A DNA stretch of 64,000 nt. Source: Neodothiora populina (taxonomy: Eukaryota). The notes under the pieces are model-generated. The model searched no databases, was not told the DNA's origin, and saw only the letters and a program-made list of their open reading frames with translations. Shown piece by piece: positions 12,827 through 25,072 of this stretch. The stretch covers positions 310,001 through 374,000 of the forward strand of contig NW_027191415.1 of assembly GCF_041146345.1 (NCBI RefSeq), read 5' to 3'. The translations under genes and the position numbers were made by a program. Positions within the stretch are counted from its first letter, which is position 1, and each line of letters begins with the position of its first letter.

Positions 12827-14902
12827 TCAAACCCCAGTGACAACCGCCAAAACAGTAGCGGTGGTCCTCGTGGTCGTAGTGACAACAACAGTAGACGTCG
12901 ACGTGGTCTTGGTAGTCTTGGCGATCTTGACCCCCATTTTGACAGTATCAGCTTTGAACACTGCGTTCCTGGCCTCTTTCGTAGCCGCTGAGCTGGCTGT
13001 GACAGTAGTTCCTGAGGTAGTACTGGCCATGACGGATGATTCTGAGGTAGCACTGGCCAAGTGGCGAAGACCCTTCAAGTAATCGCTGCGCGACTTGTCG
13101 CCGGGACCGTCGGTGATGGGGACGTAGGCTTCGGAGAATGTTGTGGGTCTGGTGACTGTTCTGGGGCCGATGCCGTGGGGCATCAGGGGTCCGGCGCGGA
13201 CATTGTCCGTGGTTGGGACTTCGGACCAGAAGCTGTAGCTTGTGTGAGATGTGGTGGTGGAAGTGGATGTCGAGTTGGAGGCGCAGCCAGAGGCAGAGAC
13301 GGAGACAGAGGCAGAGACAGAGGCAGTGGTGGTAGGATGAGCCGCATCCCAATGCGCCCTAGCAGCACCAGAATGGATGTAAAGCCTCATGGAGGTAGGC
13401 ACGCGATCGCCATGACGCAGGCGTCTCCTGGCGCTGAGATCGTTGATTGCTGCGACGAAGCCGGAGGCGAAGACGTCCTTTGAGGTCTTGCTCTCTGTAG
13501 GTTCAGCAACTGAAGAGGTTGGAGTAGTGGAAAGGGTTGGGGGAAATGGGAGGGAGCGTGGGGTGAGGACGGCTCTCCTGGCGCTGGGCTTGTGAAGCTT
13601 GGTAACGAAACCAGTTGCGAAGACAGCCTTCAGAATCGTCTTGCTTCCTGCAGGCAAAGTAGCCGAATCGGCGGAGAGGGATGGTGGGAAAGGAAGGGAG
13701 CGCGGGACGATTTCCGTAGTGCTGAGCTTGTGAATTGGTGTAACGAAACCAGTTGCGAAGGCGCCTTTGAGAGTCGTCTTGTTTCCTCCGCCCAACGTAG
13801 CTGGAGTGACTGAACTAGCGGAGAAGGATGGGTTTGCAGAGAGGGAGGCCCTAGAGAGGGAGGCCCTAGAGAGGGAGGCCCTAGAGAGGGAGGCCCAGTG
13901 GTGGGCGGTGCTCCTGGCGCCGAGCTTATGGACTGGAGTAACGAAGCCGGATGCGAAGACGGCCTTCAGAGTCTTGTTCTCTGCGGCTGGAGTAGCCGGA
14001 TTGGCGGAGAGGGTTGGTGGGAAAGGAAGAGAGCGAGGAACAAGGACGACCTGGCGCGTGTGCAGGGTCTTGCTGGCGTAGATGGTAGTCGTCATCATAG
14101 TTCCTGCTGCTGAGGTAGTCTGAGACGCCGAAGAAAAGTCCAGAGGCGTGGTAGTTGGGATGGTTGACAGGCTGGTGGGCTCCGCGGCTCTGGCATGCTT
14201 TGCTCCAGTGCCAGAAGTAAAGGTCGCAGCAGCAAGAGGAAGAGGAGCTCCAGCAGCGACATGCAGAGTAGCAACCGGTCTGACCACCTCTGTGCTCGTG
14301 TGCAGCAGAACGGTCTTGGGACCGATGCCCTCGAAACAAATGATCAGGACCTTGTCAGCCGGACTCAGAGCGATCCAGATGCAGGCCATGAAGATCATGC
14401 TGAAGATGAACAGGAAGAAGACACTCGTGAGGGTGAATGTCTTTTTGTAGACGGCTTTGAAGAAGCGCTTGATGCGTGCCATACTTCCTGGTGGAGCTGG
14501 GGTTGGGGTGCATTCGGTGCTGGCCATGCTGGGCGTCAACTCGACTGAATGGTGCATTTTTCCTTGAGTCCAGGTGGTTGGCATTGAATGCTTCGAGAAC
14601 GTGTGTTCCGAGTCTTGTTGTTTGTATGCTGTGCTGCTTGAATCTCGTTCGAGGATCAAGGTTCGATGTGAGTAGACTGCAGTGTCAATCTGTCTATGGA
14701 TAAAGAACACAAGATCAATTGGAGGCAAACTTTTATATGTCTTCTGTACTGCATTTAGCTTTGCTATCCGTTTGGCTTTTCTTATGAATGGTCGCGCTCG
14801 GAGCGTCATGGTATGCAAGAGAACACGAGAGACGAGATCCATGAAGCCTCGAGGTGCAATAAACTTGTGGGTTCGGCGATCGATGCTGAGAACTACCTGC
14901 AT
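12827..14902 (-). CDS. Orphan Ser/Thr-rich protein with signal-anchor and four internal repeats (true start probably a downstream ATG, about 14480-14585)
   Basis: 691-codon ORF. Hydrophobic TLTSVFFLFIFSMIFMACIWIAL follows basic residues. Repeats PRSLPFPP(T/S)LS and KxxFA(S/T)GFV. Confidence 0.65.
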   Translation of the reverse strand: MQVVLSIDRRTHKFIAPRGFMDLVSRVLLHTMTLRARPFIRKAKRIAKLNAVQKTYKSLPPIDLVFFIHRQIDTAVYSHRTLILERDSSSTAYKQQDSEHTFSKHSMPTTWTQGKMHHSVELTPSMASTECTPTPAPPGSMARIKRFFKAVYKKTFTLTSVFFLFIFSMIFMACIWIALSPADKVLIICFEGIGPKTVLLHTSTEVVRPVATLHVAAGAPLPLAAATFTSGTGAKHARAAEPTSLSTIPTTTPLDFSSASQTTSAAGTMMTTTIYASKTLHTRQVVLVPRSLPFPPTLSANPATPAAENKTLKAVFASGFVTPVHKLGARSTAHHWASLSRASLSRASLSRASLSANPSFSASSVTPATLGGGNKTTLKGAFATGFVTPIHKLSTTEIVPRSLPFPPSLSADSATLPAGSKTILKAVFATGFVTKLHKPSARRAVLTPRSLPFPPTLSTTPTSSVAEPTESKTSKDVFASGFVAAINDLSARRRLRHGDRVPTSMRLYIHSGAARAHWDAAHPTTTASVSASVSVSASGCASNSTSTSTTTSHTSYSFWSEVPTTDNVRAGPLMPHGIGPRTVTRPTTFSEAYVPITDGPGDKSRSDYLKGLRHLASATSESSVMASTTSGTTVTASSAATKEARNAVFKADTVKMGVKIAKTTKTTSTSTVVVTTTTRTTATVLAVVTGV
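13838..13896. repeat. 15-bp tandem repeat (AGAGAGGGAGGCCCT, about 4 copies), encodes (ASLSR)n on the minus strand
   Basis: Three full perfect copies plus a 14-nt partial copy. Confidence 0.95.
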
Positions 14903-15124
14903 GCGCGCGAGGACTTTGCACGTTGACTATATGCTTGTGTATCAGGTCTAGCGGCGCCGGACAGGACGTCAGGTCTGAGGATTGATGCGCTGTGCTGTCC
15001 ATTGCTCGATAGCATTGTCCGAGTCCTTTTGAGTGAAAAGTCTCCCAAGCGTTAGAGACCTAGAAGTGAGGATGCGAGTCGAAAAAGAAAGTCGATTCGC
15101 AACAGTGCCACCGCCTGACCAACT

Positions 15125-17973
15125 CTACAAACTAGCCAGTACACTCTGCATGCCTACAGAATTAGCGTCCCCTCTCTTCATCAAGAACGGTCTGAGATCG
15201 GCCTTCTCTACTCCTACCATGCCACCACTGCCCTGGACGCCGATTCCCCTGACTCTCTCCCTCAGCGCCTCGGGATTGATGACAAACAGATTTGCTATTT
15301 CGCTGAGGACATCGAGACTCTCTTTGAACTGAGTGCCAACTTTCCACATGCGCATGAGTTCTGTGTATTTAGCCAAGTCTTTGGACACGACCAGGCCGCC
15401 GGTCAAGGATATGACAAAAGAGCGGAGGTGGACGAGCAAGAGACTTCGTAGGCCAATTGCAAGCTCCAGAGAGAACGACTCCAGCACTTTGCCGCTGAGA
15501 GCGACCTCTGCACGTGCGTAGACACGTCTTGACAGAAAATTGAAGATGCTGAGACACGTAGGGGTTTGCAGTTGATCAAACTGTAGCTGCGCGTCATCCC
15601 TGGGTCGGAAGTCTGTCTTCTTCTGCTGGGACAGCAATCTCTGCGTCCATGCTAAAGAAGCATCGATGGACTTCTGGAGCACAGTGTCGATCTTATTCTC
15701 CATCCTGTCTACGAAGTTGTTTGTCTGTTTTTCCAGATCTCGGCGGATCGTGACGTTTGTGCTGCTGAGAGGAATAAGCAATGTCTGGATAGTCGCTAGC
15801 AGCAGGTGTAGTATCGACACTGCAGGTCGCAAATCTGTGAGAAATGATAGATCAGGTTCGACTTTGGTCGAGGATTCTTGGGTTGTCGAGGTATCGATAA
15901 GTGCGTCTAGTGCAGTCTCGAGATAGACTTCACCCATGCTGTTTATGAGTAGAGCTAAGAGCTCTCGTACGTCCTTGGGCGTTTCGTGCCCGCTCGTGAG
16001 TTCGAGACCACGACCGACACCTTCTGCTAGCCACTTGAGCATACGTTTCGTGTAAGGCAAACTCAGGGCGCCATCTTCATCGCTCACGGCAATGTCGGCT
16101 CTGTCCTGCGCGGCGGATGTGTGCAGTCCTGCGATACGAAGAAGCATGGAGCGCTGAGCGCTGGGTGTTTCGGAGGAGTCTAGTCGATCAAGGTAGCTTG
16201 TGCGGGCGCTAGAGATCAGCTCACGACTTCGTGCTGATAGTGAGCCAAGGTAAGAAGTTGGCATTTTCCTCCGTCGAGTCTGAAAGTGTGTTAGTATCTG
16301 ACGAGCAGGAGACAAGGTCGGCATGTCTTACGTGGTAGGTGGTGTATTTGAACAGCAGAGAAGAATAGAGCTCTTCCAAGCTGCGTTTCTCACGTTCAAT
16401 GTATGATGATCCGACAAAATAAGGAACGAACAGGTCTTCTAACTGCTGGTCGATGACAGCAGCAATGGTCGGCGTTACCGGATCCGGATGCTCGGTCAAG
16501 CCATGAGTCTTGAGATCGTCCACGAGAGCGGCGATGTAGCCTTTGCTGGCCTGCAGGGAGCGCAGAAAAGCCAGCGAGGAAACAGAGTCTGCTTTGTCCA
16601 GTACCATCTCGAGTTTCTGCTGTATCTGGAGAACATATCAGCAATTATATTGGGGATGGGATAATTGAGTGAGCCTACCGATTGCTGAAAGATGCGTTGG
16701 AGGAAACGAGCGAGCACTTCCTCGTAGAAAGGAAAGGCCCTTCGGATGATGAAACTCTCTTCTTGCACGACAAGCTTGACTTCGTCCACCAAGCTCTGCA
16801 GACTTGGCTCCACACCTGGAGGTTCCGTGTCTGGATCGGCCAGGCGATCCCACGTGTCTTGGTCTGCGGCCAGCTCCTCGGTGACGAGTTGGCTCCTGTC
16901 GATGAAAAACTGGTGTTGATTGACAAAGAGGGCCATGACGCTGGCTCCGTCTCCAAAGTCCTTGAGTGCAGTGGCACATTCCTGCAAGGCTTTTATTAGC
17001 ACTGGTTTCGTCGATACAGAGGAGGACAATGATGGTAAGACATGATCAAGGAAGGAAGGAAGGAAGGAAGGAAAGAGGAATTTACCTTCATGCCCTCAAA
17101 GTTTTGTCTTCGGTAAAAGTCATCAAACTGCTTCAACAGATCTTTCTCCAAGGCTTCGAGGAACTTCTCGATGAGCTCCGTGGTCTTAGCACTACTACCG
17201 CCACCACTATTGCTGACTGTATGTCTGAGGTCCTGGTCGCTGCCGTCCAAACCGTTGATCTTGAGACCATTGGCAGACGAATGCCCATTAGTGATGGATG
17301 GAGATGTTGGTTCGAGTCGTTGACTGATTTTGAGCAGTTGTCTCGCAATGTGGGCGCATCTGACCTTTCCCTCTCCGCCTCCGAGTTTTCTTACTTCTTC
17401 CAGACTGCTCAGATCACCCCTGTCGCTGACTTCGATCCAGCACTGAAGTATGAATTTGGCGTCCTGCGCCCTCTGACGCTGACGATCCAGTTCCTCCAAT
17501 CGCTCACCGATCCTGACGGCCGCATTCCCCCCTTCTGAGTCGCCGCCGTCCAGACTGCGTTCTAGTCTGTGGAAGTTGTCGACGGCGGCTTCGAGCTCGC
17601 GTTCCCGGCCGCGGATGTTTTGGTTGTGCTGTGCTTCTGCGCGTCTGACGCCGCCGCTCAGTTCGTTTTCCTGCAGCTCTAGATCCTCGCTGAGGCCTTT
17701 TAGTTTGTTCAATGCTTGTTCAAAGGTGCGGATCAAAGGCTTCGGGTCGAATGCCTGGGTCGATGTTGCCGTCGCCGCAGCACCGATGCCTGAACGACGA
17801 GAGGCGGGTATGGCGGCATCTGAGAGACCCTCGATGAAGTCTTTGACGATGAAGTCGGCGCTGCTGAATGTGTCTATGGAGAATTGGGGCTGGCGCGAGT
17901 AGGTCATGCGCGAGGGGGCATTGGAGATGCCCGAGAAGATGGACGCGTTGTCCGACGCGGTTCCGGGCGGCAT
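15125..17973 (-). CDS. SEC10: Exocyst complex component Sec10
   Basis: FSSADFIVKDFIE, AFDPKPLIRTFE, FVNQHQFFIDRSQL and QKKTDFRP motifs. Introns 16982-17085, 16626-16678 and 16280-16331 join the ORFs in frame. Confidence 0.93.
17050..17073. repeat. (GGAA)6 microsatellite in SEC10 intron 1
   Basis: Read directly from the sequence. Confidence 0.9.
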
Positions 17974-19345
17974 CTTGCTTTTGTTATTTCTTGATTCTCT
18001 TTCTTTTCCTTGTGTCTAAATGCTTGGGGATATGCGCAGTGGCAGAGTCACAGTCCACGCCACACCGTACTCGGATCACAACCCTCTTCTCATGTCATTT
18101 GTATCATATATATCCTTGACGACTCATGCATGTGCAGTAATTTCGTCGATACAGAAAGGGTTCAGCGCTCGTCCACTCTCTTGAACTATGTCCTCTGTGT
18201 TCCAAAACCAAGGCAATCAACCGAGATCCAACAGACAGATATCAGGCACCCACGGCGATACACCTGGGATGTGATTGTGATGGTATAGACACAGCTTTGG
18301 CCCCATGTGTGGCTGGTGGCCCCCAGTAATTTGTGGGGGTGGCTGACACCTGACGTCGCGGTTCTTCCACTCTGTTATTCGTCTTCGAGTATCTATACAT
18401 ACTCCATAAGGTAATGTAATCACTTGCCTATATGTTTGTTCACGCCTCGTTGACTTTACTGTACTGTACACCTATGGAATGCAATGGTAATACAGGATAA
18501 CCCTTGACTGCTTGCACAAATGTGTTCACCTGCTTGGACCCTTTCGCGCAACATTTCGTACAATGGTCAAGTCTAACCTAGGCAAGCATCTAATCACATG
18601 GCTCTTCATTTATCTGTGTGAGATGGCATGTGTCTCTTTCAGCTCTTGATCGCATAAACCCTGCAAGTCAAGTATATGAATGTGAAAACGACGCAATTCT
18701 AGCCATCTGCACACTGTGATATCAGACCTCGGCCTCGACCGTGCATGTGATCTCTCTTCACGACACAGCGACAAGACTAGAGCGCTTACAGCTTGTATAC
18801 CTTGTCTCATCTTCATCAATTACAATCATAGTGCTTCGTGTCTTTGAACAAATGCCCGAGGTCCGTATGGACCTCAAATTCAATCACTCGAACGGTGTGG
18901 TCACTTCAGAGGCTTAAGAGAGGGATAGAGCGCCACCACTGCTTGAGCTTTGTTTCCAGGTTTCTAGAAGACACGGCTGCTGCGTGCGTCACAAGACAAG
19001 AAGTTGTAAGCAAAGCGACACACAAATACCTTAAGGTAGTACCTTACTCAATAATGTACTTTCAATCATAGAAACAGCCTAAATTCGGCTGTTAAGGAAG
19101 CGTAGTGTTCCCTGCAGATATGGGATAAATCAAAGCGGGAGCTCACATTATTCCCGCGGTGCTTAGCTACAGTACAGCTACATGATGTGTCAACAGCTAC
19201 CTGTAATTTCTGCATGCATGGAAATGGAAGCGGTGAGATATGGAAAGCAAGAGCCAGGATCTACATTCCATGCATGATGACTGCTCTGTAAGTTTCTATC
19301 ATTTCGTCTACTGCAGCTTAGCTGTGCATGCTGTGATGCATACAC

Positions 19346-19370
19346 GATGATGATGATGATGATGATGATG
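19346..19370. repeat. (GAT)8 microsatellite
   Basis: Read directly from the sequence, intergenic. Confidence 0.9.
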
Positions 19371-20774
19371 CTACCAAGGGTCATTTCAGACCGTGGAGCT
19401 TGTGCTATCTACCGTAAGGTACAGTACCTTCAAGTGCCCTCGTACTGCTCACAACGCTACCTTAAGGTACTGTATGCTGGAAAAACACAGGAACCAAGTC
19501 GTCATGGTCTTCGTCTTGAGTCTTGGTAGAACATACCAAGGAAGAAAGAATAGACTCGGCACGACGGCGATCATTGTCTGCCGTCTGGCCTACTGGTTTC
19601 GTGTTCCTGTGTTTTACATTTCAAGTCAAGTTCGGTAGAGCTTCTTTACCCGGAGCTGGAATGCGATTTGCCGTTGATCCGCGCTTTGCCTCGCATTTCG
19701 CGGAAAGGAAAGAAAAAGGGTCCGGACATACATGAGTGAGGATTATAGTCTATGGAACACCCATCCACACGCTGGCTGCTCCTCTCTTCAAAACAATATA
19801 CGATACGTTTGGGCAGCTCCAGGTGTGCATTCGTGCAGAGCAAAAGACACCTCGAAGTGTCTGGAAGTGGGCAACAGTAAATTGAGCAATTCGTCGGAAT
19901 GCGATTGCCGTGCTTATCGAGCATCAAGACTGGAAAGTAGGACGATTCTATGTGGCGTTCGGAACCTGAAGGAAAACCGTTGCGATGTAGCTGCGTGCTG
20001 TGCATTTGTACCATGTTTTCAGGGTCTTTCTCCCCTGCGCGTGCTGCGCTACTTTGGATGGTGTCGAAGAGAAAAGTAGGTACATGCTCTTGTATAGGAT
20101 ACTTGATCCCGGGTCGCTTTCTAATAATGCGGTACAAAACTCCGATGGGTTTTCTCTTATTATGGTTGTGAAAACAAAATAGAGTCCTTCTTGTCGGTCC
20201 TCGCTCTACTTGTCGGGTCCAGAAGCGACAAAGCTCTTGATTTCGCCACTCTCATCTTCCTTTTCTTTTTGGCAGCGATTAGAAAAGGCGGAGATAGGTT
20301 ATCGAACTCCCTGCGCCCCGGATAATCGCCTCTCGCCCCTCCCCCATACTGCAATATCTATGCAGCATACGAAGTGATACAAGACAAGTTCGGAAAGATC
20401 GACGTTTATCTGGATCCACTTCGACACCACCACCATCATCATTAGCACCATCACCGTTGATACTCTATAAACGAAGAATCCGACTCGTATACCCTGTGTG
20501 ACCCTGAGATTGAAAGTTCTCCACTTAATTACCCACAACAAAACAGTACAGCACAGCTTGGAAGTGTCAAGCATACCACATCTCTGGTCTGTGGTTACTT
20601 CCGTAAGACAAACATTGGTGCAGCTGTGTGCAGCATCTGAAAAGGCAACCGTTTGCCTTGATACTTTACCTCGGCCTTGACCTGAGTTTATTATTATAAT
20701 CTTGAGCCACCTCGACGCCCTTTCTTCTTGATTCCATACCTACCTTGCTCCACATCACAGCAACTCACACAACA

Positions 20775-21599
20775 ATGACACAACTCGAATTCACAATCCC
20801 CGAGGAGACCCTCTCATGGCTCAAGTCTATTCCTCAGAGACCTTCATCACGTACCCAGCGAGGACCCTCTCGATCCTCGACGTACCATGAGGCCGACAGC
20901 AGGTACGCTCTGCGAGTGAACCACAGCAGACGTTATTCGCTCGCAACACCTCCGGTACTGCCACCTCGGACCATCTCCGAGCAAAGCGACAATGCAGCAA
21001 TTGCCGAAGACGAGGAGAAGAAAGCTTCTTTAATGGACCTACCAACCGAGATCCTCGACACCATCATCGGCTACGCAATCACTCCATCGTCGGCAGACGA
21101 ACCAGTGATAAGCGTCAAGCGGAAGGAGACCGAGTCTCCTTGCACAGCGTCAGACATTTCGTCAGGAGCCGTAGTCCACAAATGGCACGTCGGCGGCTAC
21201 CCGTCATCTCTGTTCCTCGTAAACCACACAATCTCCGCCATCGCCTTCCGACGAACATGGTCAGACTCGGCCGTCGACATCTCCTTGTCCACAGCCGACG
21301 CACTGTGTTTCTTGAAATACGCACTCAGCGAGCGTCAACGCTGCGCGATGCGCCGAGTGCGTTTCCCCAAATTCATGCTCAGCTGGGCCGATCCGGTCGG
21401 CAAAGACGTGTGGCTGCGCGAGAGCAGACGCGACGGACGCGTGGCGCCTGGGTTCGTCAGGGACGAAGAAGAGAAAGTCGAAGTGCAGGCGCAAGAGGAG
21501 AAACAGCAGAGGCCGGCGCCGCCCAGTAGGATGCAGTCGCTTGTTGGACTGCTGCAGACGCGCTCGAGTCCTGCGCTCGGCGAGCTCGTGGCGCATTAG
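20775..21599 (+). CDS. Hypothetical protein with F-box-like motif
   Basis: ATG in a good context (CACAACAATG). SLMDLPTEILDTIIGY resembles an F-box, followed by SLFLVNHTISAIA. Confidence 0.7.
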   Translation: MTQLEFTIPEETLSWLKSIPQRPSSRTQRGPSRSSTYHEADSRYALRVNHSRRYSLATPPVLPPRTISEQSDNAAIAEDEEKKASLMDLPTEILDTIIGYAITPSSADEPVISVKRKETESPCTASDISSGAVVHKWHVGGYPSSLFLVNHTISAIAFRRTWSDSAVDISLSTADALCFLKYALSERQRCAMRRVRFPKFMLSWADPVGKDVWLRESRRDGRVAPGFVRDEEEKVEVQAQEEKQQRPAPPSRMQSLVGLLQTRSSPALGELVAH

Positions 21600-22252
21600 G
21601 TGATAGTGATGAGGATGAGACTGATATGGACTTGATTGATTTTAACGATTAATGATGGAATTTTCTTTTGGTACTTTTTCTCTTTTAGTAGATGAGAAAG
21701 GATGTGACCAGGGCGGATCGGGATTGGGACTGGGTTAGATCAGGAAACGGAATGAATAAACCACTTTGCTTGTCCTCTCTTATATGCACTTCTTACCCGT
21801 GTCATAGCCACAAGAGCAACAAGGGAAGGATCAGATGCGCACATACTGTACTCCCTCAACCCCCGTCTCCAAAGCAAAGTTGGGTTTCACCACGCACCTA
21901 AACACTTTAACGCACGTCCTAGATCATGACATTTCATGCCAACTGTGATCATCGTGTAATTTGTCACATTGTATTCAACCTCCATGTTCCCCGGTAGTCA
22001 GGGCTTCGAGGGCTTTATTCTTCTCTTCCGTTCTGCATCTCAAAGAAGAGCAAAGGTGGAAAAGGATGGATATATCTATATAGAAACGAAAGTGCAAAAA
22101 GCGACAGAAACTTGGCCGGAGATGGATAATCCAAGATGTTCCGGTCGTCGTCGTCGTCGCGGTGCTGAGCAGGACACAACAATGTGATGAATCGGACCGA
22201 GAAAGGAGCAGGGCAGTCGAAAGGGGCAGAGAAGAAACAAGAGAAGAAAAAA

Positions 22253-23530
22253 CTAGATTCCGGTCTTTCCCAATCGATCCGCCAAGTCGTCGATGGTCTT
22301 GTCGTGGTCTGCGGCCACGGGCTCGCTCTCTGCGAGGTCTGCCTCTTTGACGATTTTCTCTTCCTCGTCTTCGTCTTCGTCTTCGTTCTCGTCTTCATCT
22401 TCGTCTCCGTCTCCGTCTTCTTCGTCGCTTTCGTCTTCCAGGTCGTCGAGCTCGTCGATGCCCCATGCGTCTTCGTCTTCGTCGTCAGCGTCGGGAGCGA
22501 GCTGCGCCTTTCGCGCGTCCAGCACTATCTTCAACACCTCCAGCGCAGGGTGGTCCTCGGAGAACTTGTTGCCGTTGACCTCGACTCTTCTCAGCGCAGG
22601 CAAGTGGCCGGCCTCTGCGACTCTGGCGAGCCTGTCCAGGCCCTTGGCGTCGATCTCGTTGTATTGCAACCTCAAGATCTCGAGGCTGGTGTTCTTGCCC
22701 TTTGACAGAGCGTCGACGAGCATGACTCCTCCGCGTGCGCTGAGCAGCGAGTCGCCGACGCCCAGCTCGATGAGGCGGGTCCAGCTGCCCACGACGTCGG
22801 CTAACGCGCGCGCGCCCATTGCTGTAAAGGTATTGTCTTGCAGATCCAGGACCTTGAGGGCGTGGCATTTAGACAAGCCGTTCTGGAGCAGAGACGAGAT
22901 TCCCTCTTGTCGGATGCCGTTCTGCACCATTTTGACCGTCTGGATCGACGTGTGCACCGAGTAGGCTTGCACCCAGGCGGCCATGGAGCCGGTCTCCAGT
23001 CTGTTGCGCCCGCATACCACCGTCGCCAGGTCGGGGATTGATGCGTTGCCTTGCTCGCGCAGCGTCTGCTTTTTCGTGGCGAGCTGGGTCAGGGCTTCAG
23101 CGACTAAAGTGCCTGCTGCTGGACCCAGCCCGTTGTTGTTCAGGATCAGATGCTGCAGAGGGGCGTGTTGCGAGAGAAAAGGGCGCAGAGGCTCGACGGT
23201 ATTGAGACCGAATGCGTTGTCCGAGAGGTTGACGGTGGTGAGGTTCGGCAGGGCGAGAAGAGCGGTAAGCAGGTGTGTCAGCGCCGTGGGGATCTCGGAC
23301 AGCAGGCGTCCAGTGAAGATGTCGGCGAGGTTGATCGTCTTCAGAGTCTTTTTTGTCTCGAGCACTTTGGCCAGTGCCTCGCATGCCTCGACGCCCAAGG
23401 TGTTGCCCTGGAAGCGCGCCTCTTCCACATCGTTGCTTGCGACGAGATCCTTGAGGTGAGGCTCGATGTCGGCGGCAGAGTCTAGCTTGAGGGATTTGCC
23501 CTCCAGGGTGAAGAGCTTTGTGGAAGACAT
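22253..23530 (-). CDS. RNA1: Ran GTPase-activating protein (LRR + acidic tail)
   Basis: GNTLGVEAC, DIFTGRL, LSDNAFG, LNNNGLGP, CGRNRLE, QNGIRQEG and LQDNTFT motifs. Asp/Glu-rich C-terminus. Confidence 0.95.
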   Translation of the reverse strand: MSSTKLFTLEGKSLKLDSAADIEPHLKDLVASNDVEEARFQGNTLGVEACEALAKVLETKKTLKTINLADIFTGRLLSEIPTALTHLLTALLALPNLTTVNLSDNAFGLNTVEPLRPFLSQHAPLQHLILNNNGLGPAAGTLVAEALTQLATKKQTLREQGNASIPDLATVVCGRNRLETGSMAAWVQAYSVHTSIQTVKMVQNGIRQEGISSLLQNGLSKCHALKVLDLQDNTFTAMGARALADVVGSWTRLIELGVGDSLLSARGGVMLVDALSKGKNTSLEILRLQYNEIDAKGLDRLARVAEAGHLPALRRVEVNGNKFSEDHPALEVLKIVLDARKAQLAPDADDEDEDAWGIDELDDLEDESDEEDGDGDEDEDENEDEDEDEEEKIVKEADLAESEPVAADHDKTIDDLADRLGKTGI

Positions 23531-24765
23531 TGCGTGTGAGAAGAATCACTCCAGACTGCGAGGAGGTTGCCGTTCACAGTCGGTTTTTTTTGTTTTGTTT
23601 TTTCTCAGTCGAGTCAGAGAGACGGAGTTGACGTCTTTGTAGCGGACTTGTGTGTGCGTATTTATGGAGGTAAATGTATAGTGTTGGTGCGTGAAGAGAA
23701 GAAGAGGAAAAAGAAAAGTCGGTTGCTATGTTTATTACTATTGCTATTATTCAATCGTCACAAGGCGAAAAGGACAGTAACGTACCTTAGCTACTATACA
23801 AGAATAATAAGGTAACAAGAAGATCGGCGAGCGAGGGGCAATTTACTCTTCTTCTAGACTCAGATGACAACGTACTTGTACAGTAGGTAAGGTATCGATA
23901 CAACAGTAACCGTCTTTCTGTTTTGCTCTCTGGCTGGCTGCCCAGCACCGTTGTTCTTTTCTTGACCTTATACTTGCCTACCTTTACCGAAAACAAGAAT
24001 ACTGTGACCATTTGCTTTTCGCCTTTTGTCTTGCTTTAGCAATTTCGAGTGAGGGGCGGCAGCCAAGAGATTGTACCTGGACCCTCTTCTTTCTTTCTCA
24101 TATCTATTGCGACGGACCGCATATTGTGCATTGTGCATTATGCATGGAAGGTCGGTGGATCACCCTGAGTTATTCTACAAGTACTTTACCTCATCACTGG
24201 CTTGTCATACTTTTGTACATATTCTAGAAGGCTTATAATGATCCACTCTGGCTGGGCATGGCAGGCAGGCCATTCACAAGACAGTCCGTAGAAAATGCCC
24301 TCCGATGATCCCGATGGCGGCTGAGGCTGATTGACTAGAGGTACCGGCCGGTGACAAACGAACCCGACCGACTGACCGGCCGTCGTTCCGATTTCCACCA
24401 AGTGCAGTAAGGCAATCAGGGTAGACGGCGACTAAGCAAAAGGGCAGCGCAACGGCGAATCGGGTCTTTCTGTACTGTAGTTGCGCAAACTGACGTGCTT
24501 GATAATCATCACCACGGTTTAATCCACCACTTCCATCATACCAGTTCACTGCTTTGCTTCGATTATTGTATCTTTGTGACAATCACACCCTCTCGTCAAC
24601 AAGTCAATCAAGCAGACTGTCATAATACTACAATCTTCCTCGCCGACGAGAAAATAACCAGTGCGCCACCTTCCGCGCCTTTGACAGTCTACTCCGTCAC
24701 CATCAGACTACCTACCTACCAATCCATACAACCGGATTTAATCACAAAACAGAAGACCCTCGATC

Positions 24766-25072
24766 ATGTCCGCCACGCGTACGTCTCCCTCTCTTCCTCT
24801 TCACTCTTCTCCATCTAACCTCAAAGACAGAAACCTCCACCTCAAACCTAGCCGCCGACCTAAAACCCTCCATGACAGTCGGCAACTCCTCTCCATCATC
24901 GCCCGACACGACGGCGGCGAAGCCCAAGCCCTGCTGTGTGTGCAAGGACGAGAAAGCCGCGCGCGACGAGTGCATGTTGTTCTCCAATGCCGCTGATCCG
25001 CAAAAGGACTGTGTGAGTCTGGTGGATAAATACAGGAGCTGTATGCAGGGATTCGGGTTCAGTTTGCCGTAG
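24766..25072 (+). CDS. COX17: Cytochrome c oxidase copper chaperone
   Basis: KPKPCCVCKDEKAARDEC...C-x9-C twin motif. Likely short exon 1 (ATG 24766) with intron 24779-24878 joining in frame. Confidence 0.93.

Noticed and set aside
19646..20137. 163-aa minus-strand ORF in the 18-20.7 kb intergenic region
   Set aside because: Non-ATG start, no recognisable motifs and atypical composition.
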